NCBI GenBank assembly: GCA_009602725.1
Contig: WELB01000010.1
Coordinates: 931,790-984,879 of the forward strand
Source of the DNA: Spirogloea muscicola
Taxonomy: Eukaryota
DNA length: 53,090 bases
Direction: 5' to 3'
Shown: in pieces, positions 1 to 14,700 of the stretch
Position numbering within the stretch: the first letter of the stretch is position 1
Layout: each line of letters begins with the position of its first letter
Position numbers and translations under genes: made by a program
Notes under the pieces: generated by a model
Databases searched by the model: none
What the model was told of the DNA's origin: nothing
What the model saw: the letters and a program-made list of their open reading frames with translations, nothing else

Positions 1-240
1 CCCCCCCCCCCCCCCCCCGCCCCCCACCCCCTTTACCTCGTTATTGAAAGCTCCCGGCAGAGCTTTCAGCAGCCCTCTGTTCATCCCGCTACTGCATGAG
101 CCTTCTCGTTGCTGACAATGGAACCCCGAATTAGATCTGTAGCTTAGCCTCAGAATACCACGGGCCGTCACCCTTAGGACTTGAGCAAGGCAGATTTGTT
201 GGCTTTGCCCTACTAACAAGGACATGTCTGCATGATGCAG

Positions 241-2656
241 GGTTATCGGTTAGCTGCCTCCTTGGGTCACACCTTTGTGGAGCCCAACCCAAGTCTCTTC
301 ACCTTCGCGGTCGCAGAGGCTGCCCTGACGGCCTTGCATGGGGTGACTGTCTGAAGCAGTCACGGGCCTGTGTGTGCCGCTGCTAGCAGAAGCAACTGAG
401 GATCAAGAAAGACCACATTCATCTGTTGCTCCCACGGCCTTGCGACTTTGCTATATTGTTGATTTGTTGTGCCAATTCTATACCTGTTCGCAGGTGAGTG
501 TTCAGGAAGTCAGGGCCACGCTCGAGATCAGTGATAGCAAGGGCGTTGATAGCAAGTTGAAATCCAAGCTCACGCAGGTCAAGCTCTGCCAAAAGCCACA
601 ATCGACGTCCGCAGCAAACCTTGCCACATCAACACGGTAGAGAGCTACCAGCCTGCACATTGTGATTCTTTATTCGGAGAGGCTCAGGTCTACATTCTCA
701 CAGGTGATGGGAAGGTGGTGTAACAGACAGGGCCGCTGTTGGTGACTCATTGGGGCCTGAGTGGCCCCGTGGTGCTGCGCCTCTCTGCCTGGGCAGCCCG
801 CCACCTCTTTGCCACCTCTTACAATGGTGTGCCAGTGGAAAGCTGCAAAAGCGCCTACACGTGTTGCACTAGCAGCAAATATGCATTGCTGTCGATCTCA
901 AAACCAAGCCTGTGTTAGCATCTGATGGCATACTATCGATTGTCATCCTGCTGCAGCCACGTTGGTCGTGGACTTCGCGCCACGTATCCAATATGAAGCA
1001 CTTGGGGAGCTGCTCATCCGGCACAAAGAGAAGCATGCGGTTGAACGCCACTTCTTAGCCAGAAACATTGCGCCAAGGCCCCAGTCAGACTTCCACCTGC
1101 ACCTGGGCAGCTCGTTGCTCACCAGAACTTGCTAGCCCTAGTTCTGACACCTTCGCTCCTGCGAATGTCAGAGACGCAAGCTGGGTGCGTGTGCCCCTAC
1201 AGAGCTCCTACTCCCGCGTCGGCTCTGGTGCTACCTCCTGGAGCGTCAGGTCAAGCCGACTTGGGGGCCTTACCCTCACTTTTGATCCATGTGGAAATTT
1301 AGCATCTGTATGTGAAATCTATACCGTATGCTCAACCTGTAAAGTGCCTCTTGGCACCCTCTGGCACCCCAAATTTTGAACAGCCCCTTTCTAATACCGT
1401 CGTCTGAGCAGAGTAAATGGGGCTGAGCTTGACTGGTATTGCTAGCCCGACCTACTGGCTCTAGCTTTAGCTCTAACTCGGGCTGAGGCAATTTCTGGCC
1501 GTCTTAGCCAGGGACAGCAGAGAGTTGCGACTGACTATGCTTTGCACATGCAGGGCTTGGCCTTGGACCAGCAGTGGGCTGGGGTCTCAAGCAAGGCCCT
1601 GCGGATCCTCTGCATGGCCATCAAACGGTGCTCCTTCCTGATCTCCGGCAAGGTGCGCTTATCACCTGCCGCTGCCTCACTAATGAGAGATTTCAGTCTG
1701 GGTCCATCAAGCACTGTGGGTGGCAGATGCAGCACCTACAAGGGTGAGGTCTTTGCTTTAGCGTGGGCAACCAGTGACTGGTGCGACGCGCTCACTTACT
1801 TTGCCCTTCTCCTGAGAAGGTCAGGGCGAGTTCAAGGACGAATTTGTGACCGCTGGAGGCGTGCCCCTGGCTGAGGTGCCCAGGCCAATAAAGCAGTTCT
1901 TCTGGCTCTGCACGTATCGGCTGACATGTGCATGGGCATTTGCAAATTGTCAGACTGCCCATGTGCTGCTGTTAAGGGTTGTCAGTGGTGGGCGCCAAGA
2001 AATGAGATTGAACCTGAGGTTGATCCTGCAATTGCAGAGTCAGGGGGTCAACTTGCATGCCCGTGTGGCATGGCACTTGAAGGGCCACGAGCACGCAGAC
2101 CAGATATCTCACCATGACCTGGCCATGCACAGGTGGACCTGGCAAGCATGGAGAGCAAGCAATGTGCAGGCCTCTTTTTTGCTGGCGAGGTGCGAGCTTG
2201 CCTCACCAGCCAAGCAAGAGAGTGAAGCACTTAGCTCCAGGCCCCCTTGAGCCCTCTGTAGTCGGGCGAGGCCACACCCTCTTGTCGCTGCTTGCTGCCA
2301 GGGGGCTTGACATGGTGTTTGATTCTGCCAATGCCTCAGGTGCTCAATGTTGATGGTGTCACTGGCGGTTTCAATTTTCAGGTGCACAATAACCCTTCAG
2401 CAGACATGCATTGCTCTCGCTTGTGCAGAGTGCAGCAGCACTTCAAAGAAGGGACTGGCGATGCAGGTTTCCACTATGCTTGACCAGTTTGTGCCCACTT
2501 TGGCAGAATTCCTGGACGGGTGGCTACATCGCAGGATCAGCCATTGCTGAGAGGGCCTGCCAACGTCCTTCATTGTGCGTGAATGCTGAGAGCCTGGCAG
2601 GAATTTGTCCTGAGAATCAGACAGGTCTGCAGCACATCGATTTCGGAGACCAATGA
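241..2656 (+). CDS. HI0933/YhiN (BaiN-like) family FAD/NAD(P)-dependent flavoprotein, multi-exon, 5' part outside the window
   Basis: Manually spliced exons give family motifs [22 protein letters not shown] (~241-343), [22 protein letters not shown] (~727-826), [17 protein letters not shown] (~1825-1877), [19 protein letters not shown] (~2134-2189), [14 protein letters not shown] (~2340-2380) and [10 protein letters not shown]...stop 2656, flanked by GT-AG sites. Confidence 0.88.
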
Positions 2657-2792
2657 CACTCAGAAGAGGTTTCTACTTTCTGGAAATCCTGAAGCGTCTG
2701 GTTCTTAAGGCCAGAATAATACTTGATAATAAATCTTTGGTATTACTCAGTAGGAATGAAGTGCATTACCACACCGATATGTGATTGGCGTC

Positions 2793-5700
2793 TCAGAACC
2801 AAGGCATCCACCATATGTACATCTTGCTGAGATTGTCGTGCGAGACAGCAAGGGTAATAAGCCGGTGTGCTTGGCCCTCCACTGACAGAGGGAGGGAAGG
2901 GGCTACATTGACGCCCACCACCACCCCCTGCAGACGGTCCTTGATATTGGCAAGTGCTCGCTGCGCAAGGATGGCACACAGCAGGTCCTTATCTGCGTAA
3001 AGAATTGGACGATGACTACCATATGCCATAGCGAACATTGGGTTCTGCCACAATACTAGGATCATTTTCCGTTCAATGTTTGAGTGTCTCACACAAGTGG
3101 GATACACAAGCAGTGAGACTGTTGGCTCCACATGCTTGGTCAAGCATTGCATGTCATAACCTACATTTACGGTCAGAGTGCTGGGACCTCATATTAAAAC
3201 TGATCAATGAGCTGCAACTTATCAAGTAACCTTGTGCTCACCTGTGCATGGGGATTCTGTATCTCAGTGCCGCTGGACTTGTGAGATTTGGTCCACTCAA
3301 CCAGGGGGTCGTGGATAAAGGTTTCCAGCACGTTGATGAGGGTCTCTCGGTGGACCCGGAGCACGTTGAGGGTGATCTCGCATACCCGTAGGAAGACGCC
3401 TTCATAGCCAGTGATGCCCAGTCCATCTACCATATTCTGTGTCATCCCCTTGCCAAAAGCATTGGTGTGAAATAGCGACCTTCATTGCAGCAAATTTACT
3501 AGCAGTTGCTACAAGCAGTCAGAGGTAAACAAGGCGGCCCTGCTCCACTTCTTGCAGTCCTTTGCCCTACGAGCTTGTACACACCTGTGTTAGACGGAAG
3601 GGCACAAGCTCTGGTTTCTCAAGAGCTAAGCCTTTGTCGAATAGGCAGCTGAAATCAACATGCACGCAGGCTCCATCAGTGGAATCGAGCAATATGTTCT
3701 CCCCATGCCTGTCGCCGAGGCCCACAATGTGGCCCACCATGGACCACACTGCAGCTGTGTGGGCGAAATTCATGCGTGCTCGGAACCAGGCTGCTGGCTC
3801 TGTGAAGGTGTTGAGCAGCCACTTGTGGAACATGGGAGGAAACATGGAGAGGATTCTGCAGCCACCACACAATCAATACAAATCTCAGGCATCAAATGAA
3901 GTCAGCACTTTGCTCATGCTGGCAGTAGTTACTTATACATCCTGCATGTGTATAATGCTGTGATTATAAGAGGCTAACAGGTAGTAGGTGGACAGACACT
4001 GCATGATTGATCATATGCATGCAGAAAGAAGGTCACAGGGATACTCTTCAAGACCTGGTGCGAAAGGCCTCAGATCGATCAGCATCTGCCATTTGATCAT
4101 ATATCTTCTTGATTGTGGGATTTGTTTTTTGCCGGTCGAATTTACCACAAGCCATGTAGATGTCCTTGGCGACGAGATATGACAAGGTCCACAATATTAG
4201 TGCACTGCCATTCACTTGCTGGCCTGTAAAATCTGAGCAACAGAGTCTCCTAGAAAAGCAGGAGCTCATAGTGCCAGTTTCATGAAATGACAAACAGGCC
4301 AAAAGAGGATGCCAGGGGTTTAGTGCAGTGTGTCTCAGGGCTATGCTACCTGCAAGATGTGGCGGAGGCCTCTTGTGTGCAATACCCACTCAATCATTCC
4401 ACAGTCCTCAGTCAAAGGCAGCACTGCAAATGTACGTATATGTAGATTCCTCCTGCGACTCACTGAATTCTTCGAAAGGAGACGGTTGATCATTGTAGTG
4501 AATTCCATCATACGAGCATCCTTTCTCAGGTCATCCTTAGGTTTGCACAAGAAAGGATGCTCCCTGCCATCTGAACCCAGAAGCACAACCTGGATGACAA
4601 CCATTTGCACAATCTCAATTGGGCTATCATGATGCTCAACAGTCTGTGAAACGGCTACAACATACCTGGGCTGTACATGTGTCCACAGCATGGCGGACAC
4701 ATCTCATAGAGAAGAGATTGAATATGTCATGCTCGTGCAGCAAAGCACCTTCTTGGGGCGCTGCAATGACTGCAGAATTTCGACGTCCTCACATATGCCA
4801 AGGATTGTGGCATGCTCCCCCACTGGAAAGGCGTTGAAGCCTCTGTCGGTAAGACCGTCAGGTGGCATTGCAACTGTCAGCGCCCCCTGCAATGGTAGCA
4901 CAATATCCAGTGGCATCATCCGCTTCAGCTGTCCAAAGTCACTGGAGATGCTCATCACTTTCTGCTTCGGCTGGCCTGAACATTCAACAAGCAGCCACAC
5001 ATATGCAGGATCACTGAAAGTGGATGACATACCCAGAACTTGACCACCAATCACAAGAGCATTGTTGTCATGCAATCAGTGAAATTGTTTGATCAGTATT
5101 TGACAATGTTGATCTTGGAGTTCTTGGAGACACGGACCAGCATGAAAGCAAAGGCGTATCATCTGCTCAATGAAGGCAGGAAACTGAGTGAAAAGAACGC
5201 GATCCTCCTCCCTGATCAAGGAATTCTTTGCTCCGTCAAGTACGTCGGTAGCCGCCTGTCAAATGTCAAGGTCACCAAGTGAATCAAAAGATACACAATC
5301 TTATCGGCATCTCCATCTGCGCCAAGCATACATCAAAAGGTACTGGAATAGTGGAGGCGTCATGTGACACACCTGCCGGCGTGCAGCAAGTGCAGACTTG
5401 GAGACTGCAGCCATTGTCCAGAGAGCTTGCTGGGGGTATCTTCTTAGGACCTCCGTGATGAGCTGCTTTGTAAGCTCAAGCACTCCCTCATTCTGATGGC
5501 AGATGCGAGAAACAAGCTGAGGAAGAGCAGTGAGCCATTGGTAGGCTGGCAGATCCTCCTTGCACCCTCTGATGTAGGCCAAAATCTGCAGCAGCATCCA
5601 ACTCTTGTACTGAGACTCGTTGCACATGTAGCATAATGAAGGGATTAGGTATCACTCCAGGCGAGGTAATGAATGTCATCTACAACCGTATGGTCTGTGC

Positions 5701-8700
5701 TATTCAAGCACCTTGACCATGTCCACACCTTGTTATAGACTTGCTGCAACTCTTTGTCTTTTGCCAGCGCTGCTTTAGTGCACTTCGTTCCACATTCAAA
5801 CCAAAGAGTGAGGACTCGTGGGAGGGCTTGGAATAGATGTCGGTGGCCACGATGCAGAGCTCTCAGATAATGAGCAACGACTTCAGGCAGGTATAAGAAC
5901 CAGGTCTTGTCATCTGCTCCAATTGCAAGACTTCTCGTGCCAGAACCCTTCTTTTGAGAGCTTGGAGCCTGCTCATGTGCTATGATTAGTATAATTTCGA
6001 CATTGAAGCTGATAACAAGTAGTTACACAAGGCATCATTTCTCAGTTGTTAATAAGGCAGTGGCGCTTTTGCATTCAAAAGAAGAACTGTGAACATAACA
6101 CATGCTTGATATGTAATGGGGTCGATGGAGGAATGACTCAACTGTATAGTCTGGTGTGGCCTCATCTTGTCTTCGCCGTGCATCACAGAGCAGATCATCA
6201 TAGTACTTAGCCATGTAAAAGAAAGCCTTCTCCCACTTTGGCTGGAGCTCCTTCACCCTCAGGTACAGAGCAACAACTTCCTCTTTCTGCTTCTGCCCCG
6301 TGTGATGCACCCACCTTGCAAGCTGCAAAAGTGTTCTGGCTGTCATCTGCACCACCTGCTCTCCAGGTAGCTCCAGCTCCTGTTGCAAAGGGTTGTCCAT
6401 CAAGCACATTGTGAGTGAAGTAAGGACACCTATTGCTGCAACTCAAGGGAACAACCAAGAGCATCTATGCAGATCATTGCTCAAAGCCAGCTCAGAGGTC
6501 GCATTGCAGAGAATAAGAACTGGTACCCTGACTTTGGTTGCACTCATGCTTGCACTGTGCTGGGCTACTTGCACGAGTCCTCCCAGGGCAGGTCTGGTGG
6601 CTTCCCCAAGAAGCTCGTAAGACCCAGCTGCCAGTAGAGCTTCCTGCAATTCTGCAATTGCCATGTGACAGCAATCTGTTGCCCACAGGAGCCTGGCACT
6701 CTCAAGATGCGAATTAGGAGCCCCATGTGCACGAGCCTCTAGGACGGCTCGTCTGGCAGTCTGATAGTGGCCAGCTTTCCTGCACATCTCTGCATACTTG
6801 AGCCAGTACAAGCCAACCTCCACAGGCATCTTCTTGTTCTTGCATATCAGCCTGCGCAAGGAGAGAATTGGCTCTCTCGCCCACAGTGACGGTTGCGTGA
6901 TCTTCAGACGACCATCCCAATCTCTCAAGAGTTGCCTATCAGTCTCCAGCCTTGCAGCTTCTGTTCCTGCCCTGAAACGGTGAAAATCTTCAAGCTCCCT
7001 GAGCATATGGAGACGTACGAGCAAGGGGTATGCCCGTGAGTACGACTCCATGCCTGCTGCAGCTAGTGGGGTCAAAAGGTTCATACGACAATGCTTCACT
7101 TGCTCTTCAAATGAAGAGCTGGCTGTGTCCTTCCCACAACCTTGCGAGTGAATGCCTGCCAGAATGCTGGCAAGTGCTGTATTGAAATCAGGCCCAGTAC
7201 TCCTGCCTGGTGTATTATCCTGACTTTCTGCAGATTCCAGGTACTCTTCGAGTCGGTCCCACTGCCCTAGGCGCCAAGCTGCCTGGAGGCCGTATGTGGA
7301 CCAAAGCTTAGACTCGCCGGGAAGTCGAGCAATCAGCCCATCCACCTGTGTGACCAAGGCTTGGAGGTGGCCCATGTTGAGCAAGCATCCCAGGACACCC
7401 TGATGAAGCTTCAGGCCATGGGGAGTGGTCTCCAGTGCCTGCCAATGTTGCCATCTCAGTATTTAATCAGAAGAATGGCGACACTGAGCTTGGCACAATG
7501 TACAGCTGCACATTACATACAACAAATGAGAAACACCTCAAATAGACGTGGACCTGTTCATAGCATGTCAGCGCTTCTGCCCAGTTGCCGGCTTTCTCAT
7601 GAATGAGCATCTGGTCCTGCAGGGATGTGACGGAACCCCGTAGGCGAGATAGCCCCGCTAAGCCGTCTGGCTCATCTAAGCCACTGTACATCTCCAGTAG
7701 GAAGGAGACATCCTCTGCACAAAAGCTTCCACTTTTCTCAGCTGCCGGATTGAGGGTGCCGCATCTTTCTCTCACATGGAACTCAAAGTACAGCAGGGCT
7801 CGGGCATAGGCCTTGCATCTATATGATGCTCGGGCCAAAGCTTCCTTAGGAATTGCTGCAAGTAGCTCCTCTACATGCTGGCACTGCAAAGCCTTATCTT
7901 CAATCTTCCTGCTCCTTGACTTGGACTTGAAGTCCTCAGCTTGCTGAGCAGAGTCCTGTCGCAAATTTTGCTTGGTTCTGTCTACCCATTGGCCTAAGCT
8001 GTCAAGAAGGGTGAATATCAATTGAGTGGCCACCTCCCAGACACTTGCATCTGAATCAGCATCTGCGGCACCAACATTGACGACTCCATGGGCACATGCT
8101 TCTCTGTCTTCGCCTGTGGTAGGCGCCACAAGCACTGCCAAGATTTCTTGGCAGACTTCGTCTTTTGCAGCCTGATTGCCCGTTGAAATGACATCAAGGA
8201 CAATATAAGGAAGGAGAAAGAGCGCCACTCCCATGTCATTTTTGAATATTGCCTTGCAGCAATTAAATATTTTCGACCTTGATGAGCTAGCCGATGATAG
8301 AAGGTGTCTGCCCCAAAGATAGACCCATCGACGGAAAGTGAGCCCATGAGAATAAAGAGGTCCTGGGACTGCTGATCCAGGATTGCTTTTGGGCCTGCTC
8401 AACACGAATCTGGACGTGAGACAGGGAGCAATGATATCTCTGACATCCTCTGAGAACCTCTGCCAAAGCTGTTCTCCCCTTCTGCTGGAGGCAGCCCCTC
8501 CTCTCTCCAAACGGAGGTCGTCACAGTGAGGACCTGATTTTGAGGATCCGTTTCGGCCCTGCGCAGAAGGCATGATCTGGCCCGTGCATGGTGGGGCACA
8601 CCCACAAACTTTCAGCAGCTCCTGTATGGCCAAGGCAGCAGCGTCCTGCACCTCACCATCTGGGGCTGACCGAAACGCCTTCGCCAAGTGCTCATTAATA

Positions 8701-11700
8701 AGCTCAAAGATGAGGTCATCATCATCTCGGTCTATATGAGGACGTTGCGGCAACTCCACCTGAAACATCAACTTGCATGTCGTGAGTGGTCAAACAAGAC
8801 GAGAACTGCTTCAGAAGCCTGCAAGCAAGCAGCAAGAATCATCACTGACGCTTCTGTGTGTATCAAGGTCGACACGCGCTTTCAGCACCTATTCTGGTTT
8901 GTGGCTGTGGACATATACAGATAAAACAACCTGCCAGCACCTAAGCTAATCGGTTAGATTCTTATAAGCTGGAGTTGACCTGAAGTCTGCCTGGATCAAC
9001 TGCTCCCAATTCACCAAGACATTCTGCACAGAGTAGCCTCAGGCGCTGGCTAAGAGGGCTTCTGGAGTCCAAGGTACAAATTCGGAGGAGGGCAGCCACA
9101 AGCTGACTGATTGCTTCTGCTTGTGAACTGCTCTCCGTGGTCACCAGCGTGTCTACGCCATGTCTGTGCTCTCTGATTAATATCTTGAGCTCGCTTGCCG
9201 CCACATAATTGATACTAAGATTCTCGTGTCTAAGTCCCTCTGTGGCTTGCTGCAACTGCATGCCAGCATAGGATAGACAACAGGTAGCACTGGCACGGTC
9301 AATGCCGCAATCCAACTTTAGGAAGTAGCCCTACAGCTTGATCCCAGATCTGATATTCTGGTCGCTCTCTAACGCGAAGCAGAAGTAAGTGCTGAAACTG
9401 GTTGAGTACATTACCTGCTGGCACAAGCTGAGGCTGCCCCGAACCTCTTGCAGCACATTGTTGACGTTTTTCAGTGCTTCTAGCCTTGGGAGGAGAGGAA
9501 GCTCCTGTAATGTGTCTCGTAGAATATCCTTATTCTTAACAGCTAGCTCTTCCAATACGTCTGCAGTCGCGGCAATTTTGAGCTCATCCTTGCCATCATC
9601 TGCAAGCTCAAGGCACGGCAACACAGCTACCACGATCTGGCTAGCAATGGAACGCAGCTTCAGAGGCGCCACTGTGGCAAGAATGCGAATGAAACGTCGC
9701 CACACACCCAGAGCTTGTACTTGCAAGGCTGCAACCTGCAATGACAACCTGGGGCGATGAGAAGTAGACATGGCTTCCAAGCATTCAATATAAATAATGA
9801 ATACGTACAATACTACCCCCAGCAGGCCACTGCTTGGACCTGTTGAGGAGGCCTGACAGTAGTGGAACAAATTTAATGCTTGACCTCTTGTGCTGCTTCC
9901 AAAATAGTGTATTTTACCTCCAAAGCGTTTGTCAAAAGGCCAGTGAATTTTGGTACAAATGCACTAAGATGAGGCCCGATGAAGTCTGCTAGTTTATCAA
10001 TGCATCGCAGGCCCTTCCGCTTCAAGTCAAGCTCATTGGCACGTAGAAGTTTGTACTCGATGCTATTTAAGATGCCCACAAGATACTCGCGCAGAAACGA
10101 AGGGAGGTCCTCTGAATCAGACATTATCCTGGTAATCTTCTTGAAAGTGGAAGCCACTCGTTCTGACCTGCGTAGTAGCAGATTTGCAATAAGAATCCTT
10201 AGAAAAGGGGCTCACACTGCGGCTCAAGCTGCAGCTCAAGCTGCACCTCCTTCATCCACTTCATGCTGATAAGTACAGTGCTGATAAGTATCTGCAAGTG
10301 ATCATAGGCAGCTGGCTGCCAAAGTTCAGGTTCGATTCCTTCGGTCTTCTGAGCTTGACTTTCAAAGGCCATCGTACATACCTGTGTGGATTTTCAGCAG
10401 TCGTAGCATCGCCAAGAATGAAGACAAGCTCCACAAGTAGGGCCTCAATAACTGCTCGAAAGAGGTCCAGGTACCCACTAGCTGTGACTTCTTCATAGAA
10501 ACTCAGTACTCTTAGCAATACGTCGCTGTCTGCTTGAGGGAGAGCACAGGCAAGCACCTTATGCGCCCAATCCACCAGCAACTGGGGAAGCTCTAAGTCC
10601 AATACCTCTGCAATCCTCCTCAGCACAGCCAAGGCCTGCAGCAGAGGACATCATTTACTGTCAATACGCATTTGCAATGGCTACTAAATCTAAGAGACAT
10701 TCTTCCAGTAGAAGGCTAATGACGAAGCACATTTTGCTGAGCAAAGCTTGACACATACCTGCTCATTACCGTGCTGCTCAATGACTAGCTTTGGGATCAC
10801 CATGGGAGTCATTGACTTGACAAGCTCCTTGAGTGACACACTCATGACCTCCTCAGCAAATACCATCACAAGCACTGGTTGACTTATGAGACAGCTGCTG
10901 AGGTAGTCATAGAGTTCCTCCTTGAACGTCTCAAGCATCCCATGTACACTGCAAGCATGGTGACCATGAGAGGAAAAAGTGCATATACCATCAACAATGA
11001 ACCACTCATTGCCAACTTCAAAGGCTAGCAGTCCTGCATGATTAGCTTCTTGGCACTTGCTTGATTGTCGCCGCGTTTCATACTAAACAATACCTGACGA
11101 GAGAAACAACATTTTGCTGTGAAGTGCCAGTCCAGATGGTTGTGCAGCAATACGACCAATATAAGAGGAAGTATGATGAGCACATGCTTGCTCGTGAGGG
11201 TAATGTACCTTGAGGGACGAGACTGTGGCCAGTGCAAGCAAGCAATCTGCTTGATACTATCAATGGCAGCACTTGTAAGAAAAGGGAGGGAGCTGTCCAG
11301 CTGTTCCAGCAATAGAACCAAGCAGAAGAAGAGTAGCTCGCTTCCCTTAGCACAGGCCCTTGCAACTTCTTTAACTGCAGTCATCAGGGTCTGCCTAATC
11401 TCTGGTTGCTTTGCATTGCGGAAGTGCGATCGAAGATTGCTAAGCATCTCCAGTGCCTGCCTCTTTACTTCTGTAGCATCTGTCAGCTCAAAATTGCTGC
11501 CAGCTTGCTCAGACATATCCCCAAAGAGGCCTTCTAATGCACTCAATGACATGAACCTGCCTGTCAGGTGAAGAGTGTGTACAACAGATAGTAATATCAG
11601 AGGTTGGCAGCCCACCTGCCTGCAGAGCAGAAAACTTGAACTTGAACTCAAGCACAGGAGTAAGCACAATGCTCGGGACTTCCTCTTATACACATAGCAC

Positions 11701-14700
11701 TGGTGTATATGCAAGTGGAAGCGGCTTGAGAGTAGAACGAAAGTAAACGGGAACACGACACAGAAGAGAGGGGGGGGAACTCAAGGGCAGGGGCCACAAG
11801 GAGGATTGTGAGTGAAATGCGTGCCTGATATTGAGCCAAAAGCAGCTCGGACTGTCCAATCTGGGTGAAGGGGTACTTGGTCCAAGAATCGCAACCAGAT
11901 TGTGCTTCCCTGCTTAAGAACCTCTGGTAGTGCATGGCGTAGAATGCGGCCACCAGAGAGGACGAATTCTGCCTGCACCTTTGAGCTTTGCTCCTCAAAA
12001 AGTAGCTGCTGCGATAAGGACTGCCATAGGATAGATACATCGGGATCCTCACAGTGATGGACTGGCTCAGCTGCCAGTACACCTCCAATCTCAACCTCTG
12101 CTGAACCAGGAGGCGTGCGTACATATGGTGTTCGATTGTGAGCATCACAGAGACTACAGGAGGGGTGCTCCAAGGAGGCACATGCAGCAGCTGGCCCAAG
12201 TACTGAATCTATCTCCTGTTTCCTGCTGATCTTGTTGCATTCACACTCTCCACTCTGATGTGTGTGCTTGAGGCACTTCACTGTGCACCCAGCTGAACAG
12301 CAACCAGCAAGGCCAATAGCCCTGGCAACACTCCAACGAACAGTATCTGCAGGATCCCTTGCTAGCGATCTGGCAGAAAAAAGCAAAGCAATGATTTGGC
12401 ATTTGAAGTTGAAGGCTTTAGGGTTTAGTGTAAAAGTTAGCAAGCAGAAGCACCAAGAATTGCATGAACACACTTGCTCACCGGCACCCACGCTTGCAGG
12501 ACCTTGGCTTGTAGCAACCTGACCATATCCCAGCGCACCTCTTCAAGCACAAGCTCAGAAGATTCTACACATGTGTGGCAGGACAGCCTCAGTTGTTCCT
12601 GGTAGCGCGTACCTTACAGACATCCAGCATTGTGTGATACTGGTTTTGTCCAGAAGGGGAACTAGACCTGCCATCAGGATAACTGATGCAGCCCTTAGCT
12701 GGGCCTCCTTGTCCTCCAGGCCTGCTCTCAGTATTTTCTGCAGACCTTTCTCCAGAGTAGCATTATATGCAGACGCTGCCAATCGTGTTGCCCTCAATTT
12801 AATCTTGAGCATCCCACTGTATGAGTGTATGTCATCCTCAAGTGTCAGAGTCCACGGAAGGAGAAGGAATCTCCCAAATGCCATGGGTTCCCACAGGTCT
12901 TCTCGCAGCAGGTCTTCCCACCTGAGAATGCTTCGATGACAGCTTTCGTGGAGCGAAGGTCTTGTGACTGGGCACGAGAAAGGACAAGATACACAGTAGT
13001 TCATGTCAGATGAATCTTGATTGGCATGGCCATGCACAGGTCCTACTTTATCAAATAAGAAATTCGACTTGCACACCTGAATCGCATGCATCATCTTTCG
13101 CTCACCATGCCAGGTCAGGAGCTTGTCAATGGCTTCAAAAAGGAGACCAAGGAGCTGTACTGTCTGACTTGTCACTTCAGTCTCCTTCAGGAAGCAATAA
13201 GGGCGTGTCAGTATCCTTCTGCACACCTTGCATGATCATGAAGCATCTGCAGCTATCCCCCACAGAATGCAAGTGCAAACTCTTACTTACGTACCAGCGT
13301 GCTGAAAACAATAATCCACCTGCCAATGTGCTTGACTACCATCCTCCAACAGTAGCTCCCAGGTAAGGGGGCAAAGACATTTGCCATTGCTCTCAAGGCT
13401 GTCAGAGCTGGCAAAGTCGCATCTGCTTTCAGCTCCAGTTGTGTACTTGCCATGTCACCAAGGTACTCGCAGATCGCTTCAAAGCTTGCGACATGAGAGT
13501 TTCTTATATCCTTGTGGGCAACGGGGTCTTGTTCATCATTGCCAGTCAAGGTGTCAGGGCAGTCTGCATGTGTTGATATAGGTTCAGGAGCTCCTGCAGT
13601 GGTTTCTGTGCCAGCATCTAGCAAGCCCGACAACTCAGGTACACTGGCTTGCAGCTTTCGCTTCCTTGTGTTTACCATTACACTGGCTGCTGTGGTGAGT
13701 GCACTGCTGATGGCGGGGGGCTTCGACTTCAGTGGCCTCTGTCTGGCTTGCTCTTCTGATACATGAGCAAGTTCTGCAAGAGCACTGCTACTCATGTTTT
13801 CAATGACACCGGAATTTCGTAAAAAGAGAGGATTGGTGTCCACTACATGTTGCACAATCTGACTTATTGCAAGACTGATGTCCGGCTGACAGATATGACG
13901 AATTACAGTTGAAATTTGTCTGCCACGCCAAGGTTGGTCTCTGAAGAAGTGTCCAAGCAATTTGCATATAATGACCTGGCAGTCAAGCGATTTCGTCAAG
14001 CTATCGGTGACGTCTGATACAACAGAAGCTAGGAGCATTGCTACATCACTTGAAAACAAGTAAAACCCTGGGTGCAGCTTGTATGCAACTCGTGTATGTC
14101 TTGCTGGTATTCAGACATTTCATTAGACAGCCGGCGCGGGAAACAGATGAACAAATTGCGGCTTACCTTCAGACTGGGGTTGCTCCCTGCGTGTACTGTA
14201 AAAGTTAGTGTCAAAATCAGGTAATGACAGAGCACTGGATCCAGTGATCTGCTTGAGCCCCACAAAGCCTCAAGAGACCTTCCAAGGGCTACTTCGTAGC
14301 CTGGTGACCTTCACAAACATGCAGGAAGCAATAGTACTCAGACATAAGGCTTTGCATGCATGCTTGCTTAAAGTGATGAGAAGAAGTGTTCTACAAGTAC
14401 AGCTGTGTAATAAGCGGAGCTGCAACACTTCTTTACTGGCATCTTACTGCTCCTGCACTGCGATGGCCAAGTCATTGCTGTACACAGTCATGGGCAAGAA
14501 GCCCTAGCTTGCCTGAAAGTTGCCAAAGAGCTCCTGCTGTAAGACCTCAGTAAAGCTATCATGTATGAGACAAGGTCCTCTACAGGACACAATTTGTCAC
14601 CAAGCACTGTCAACAAGACATGCAAAAGCTCAAAACAAGCCTGCACCAATTGCAGGAGGTCTGGCTCAGCTTGCTGTCATTATGCATGTACATACTACGC

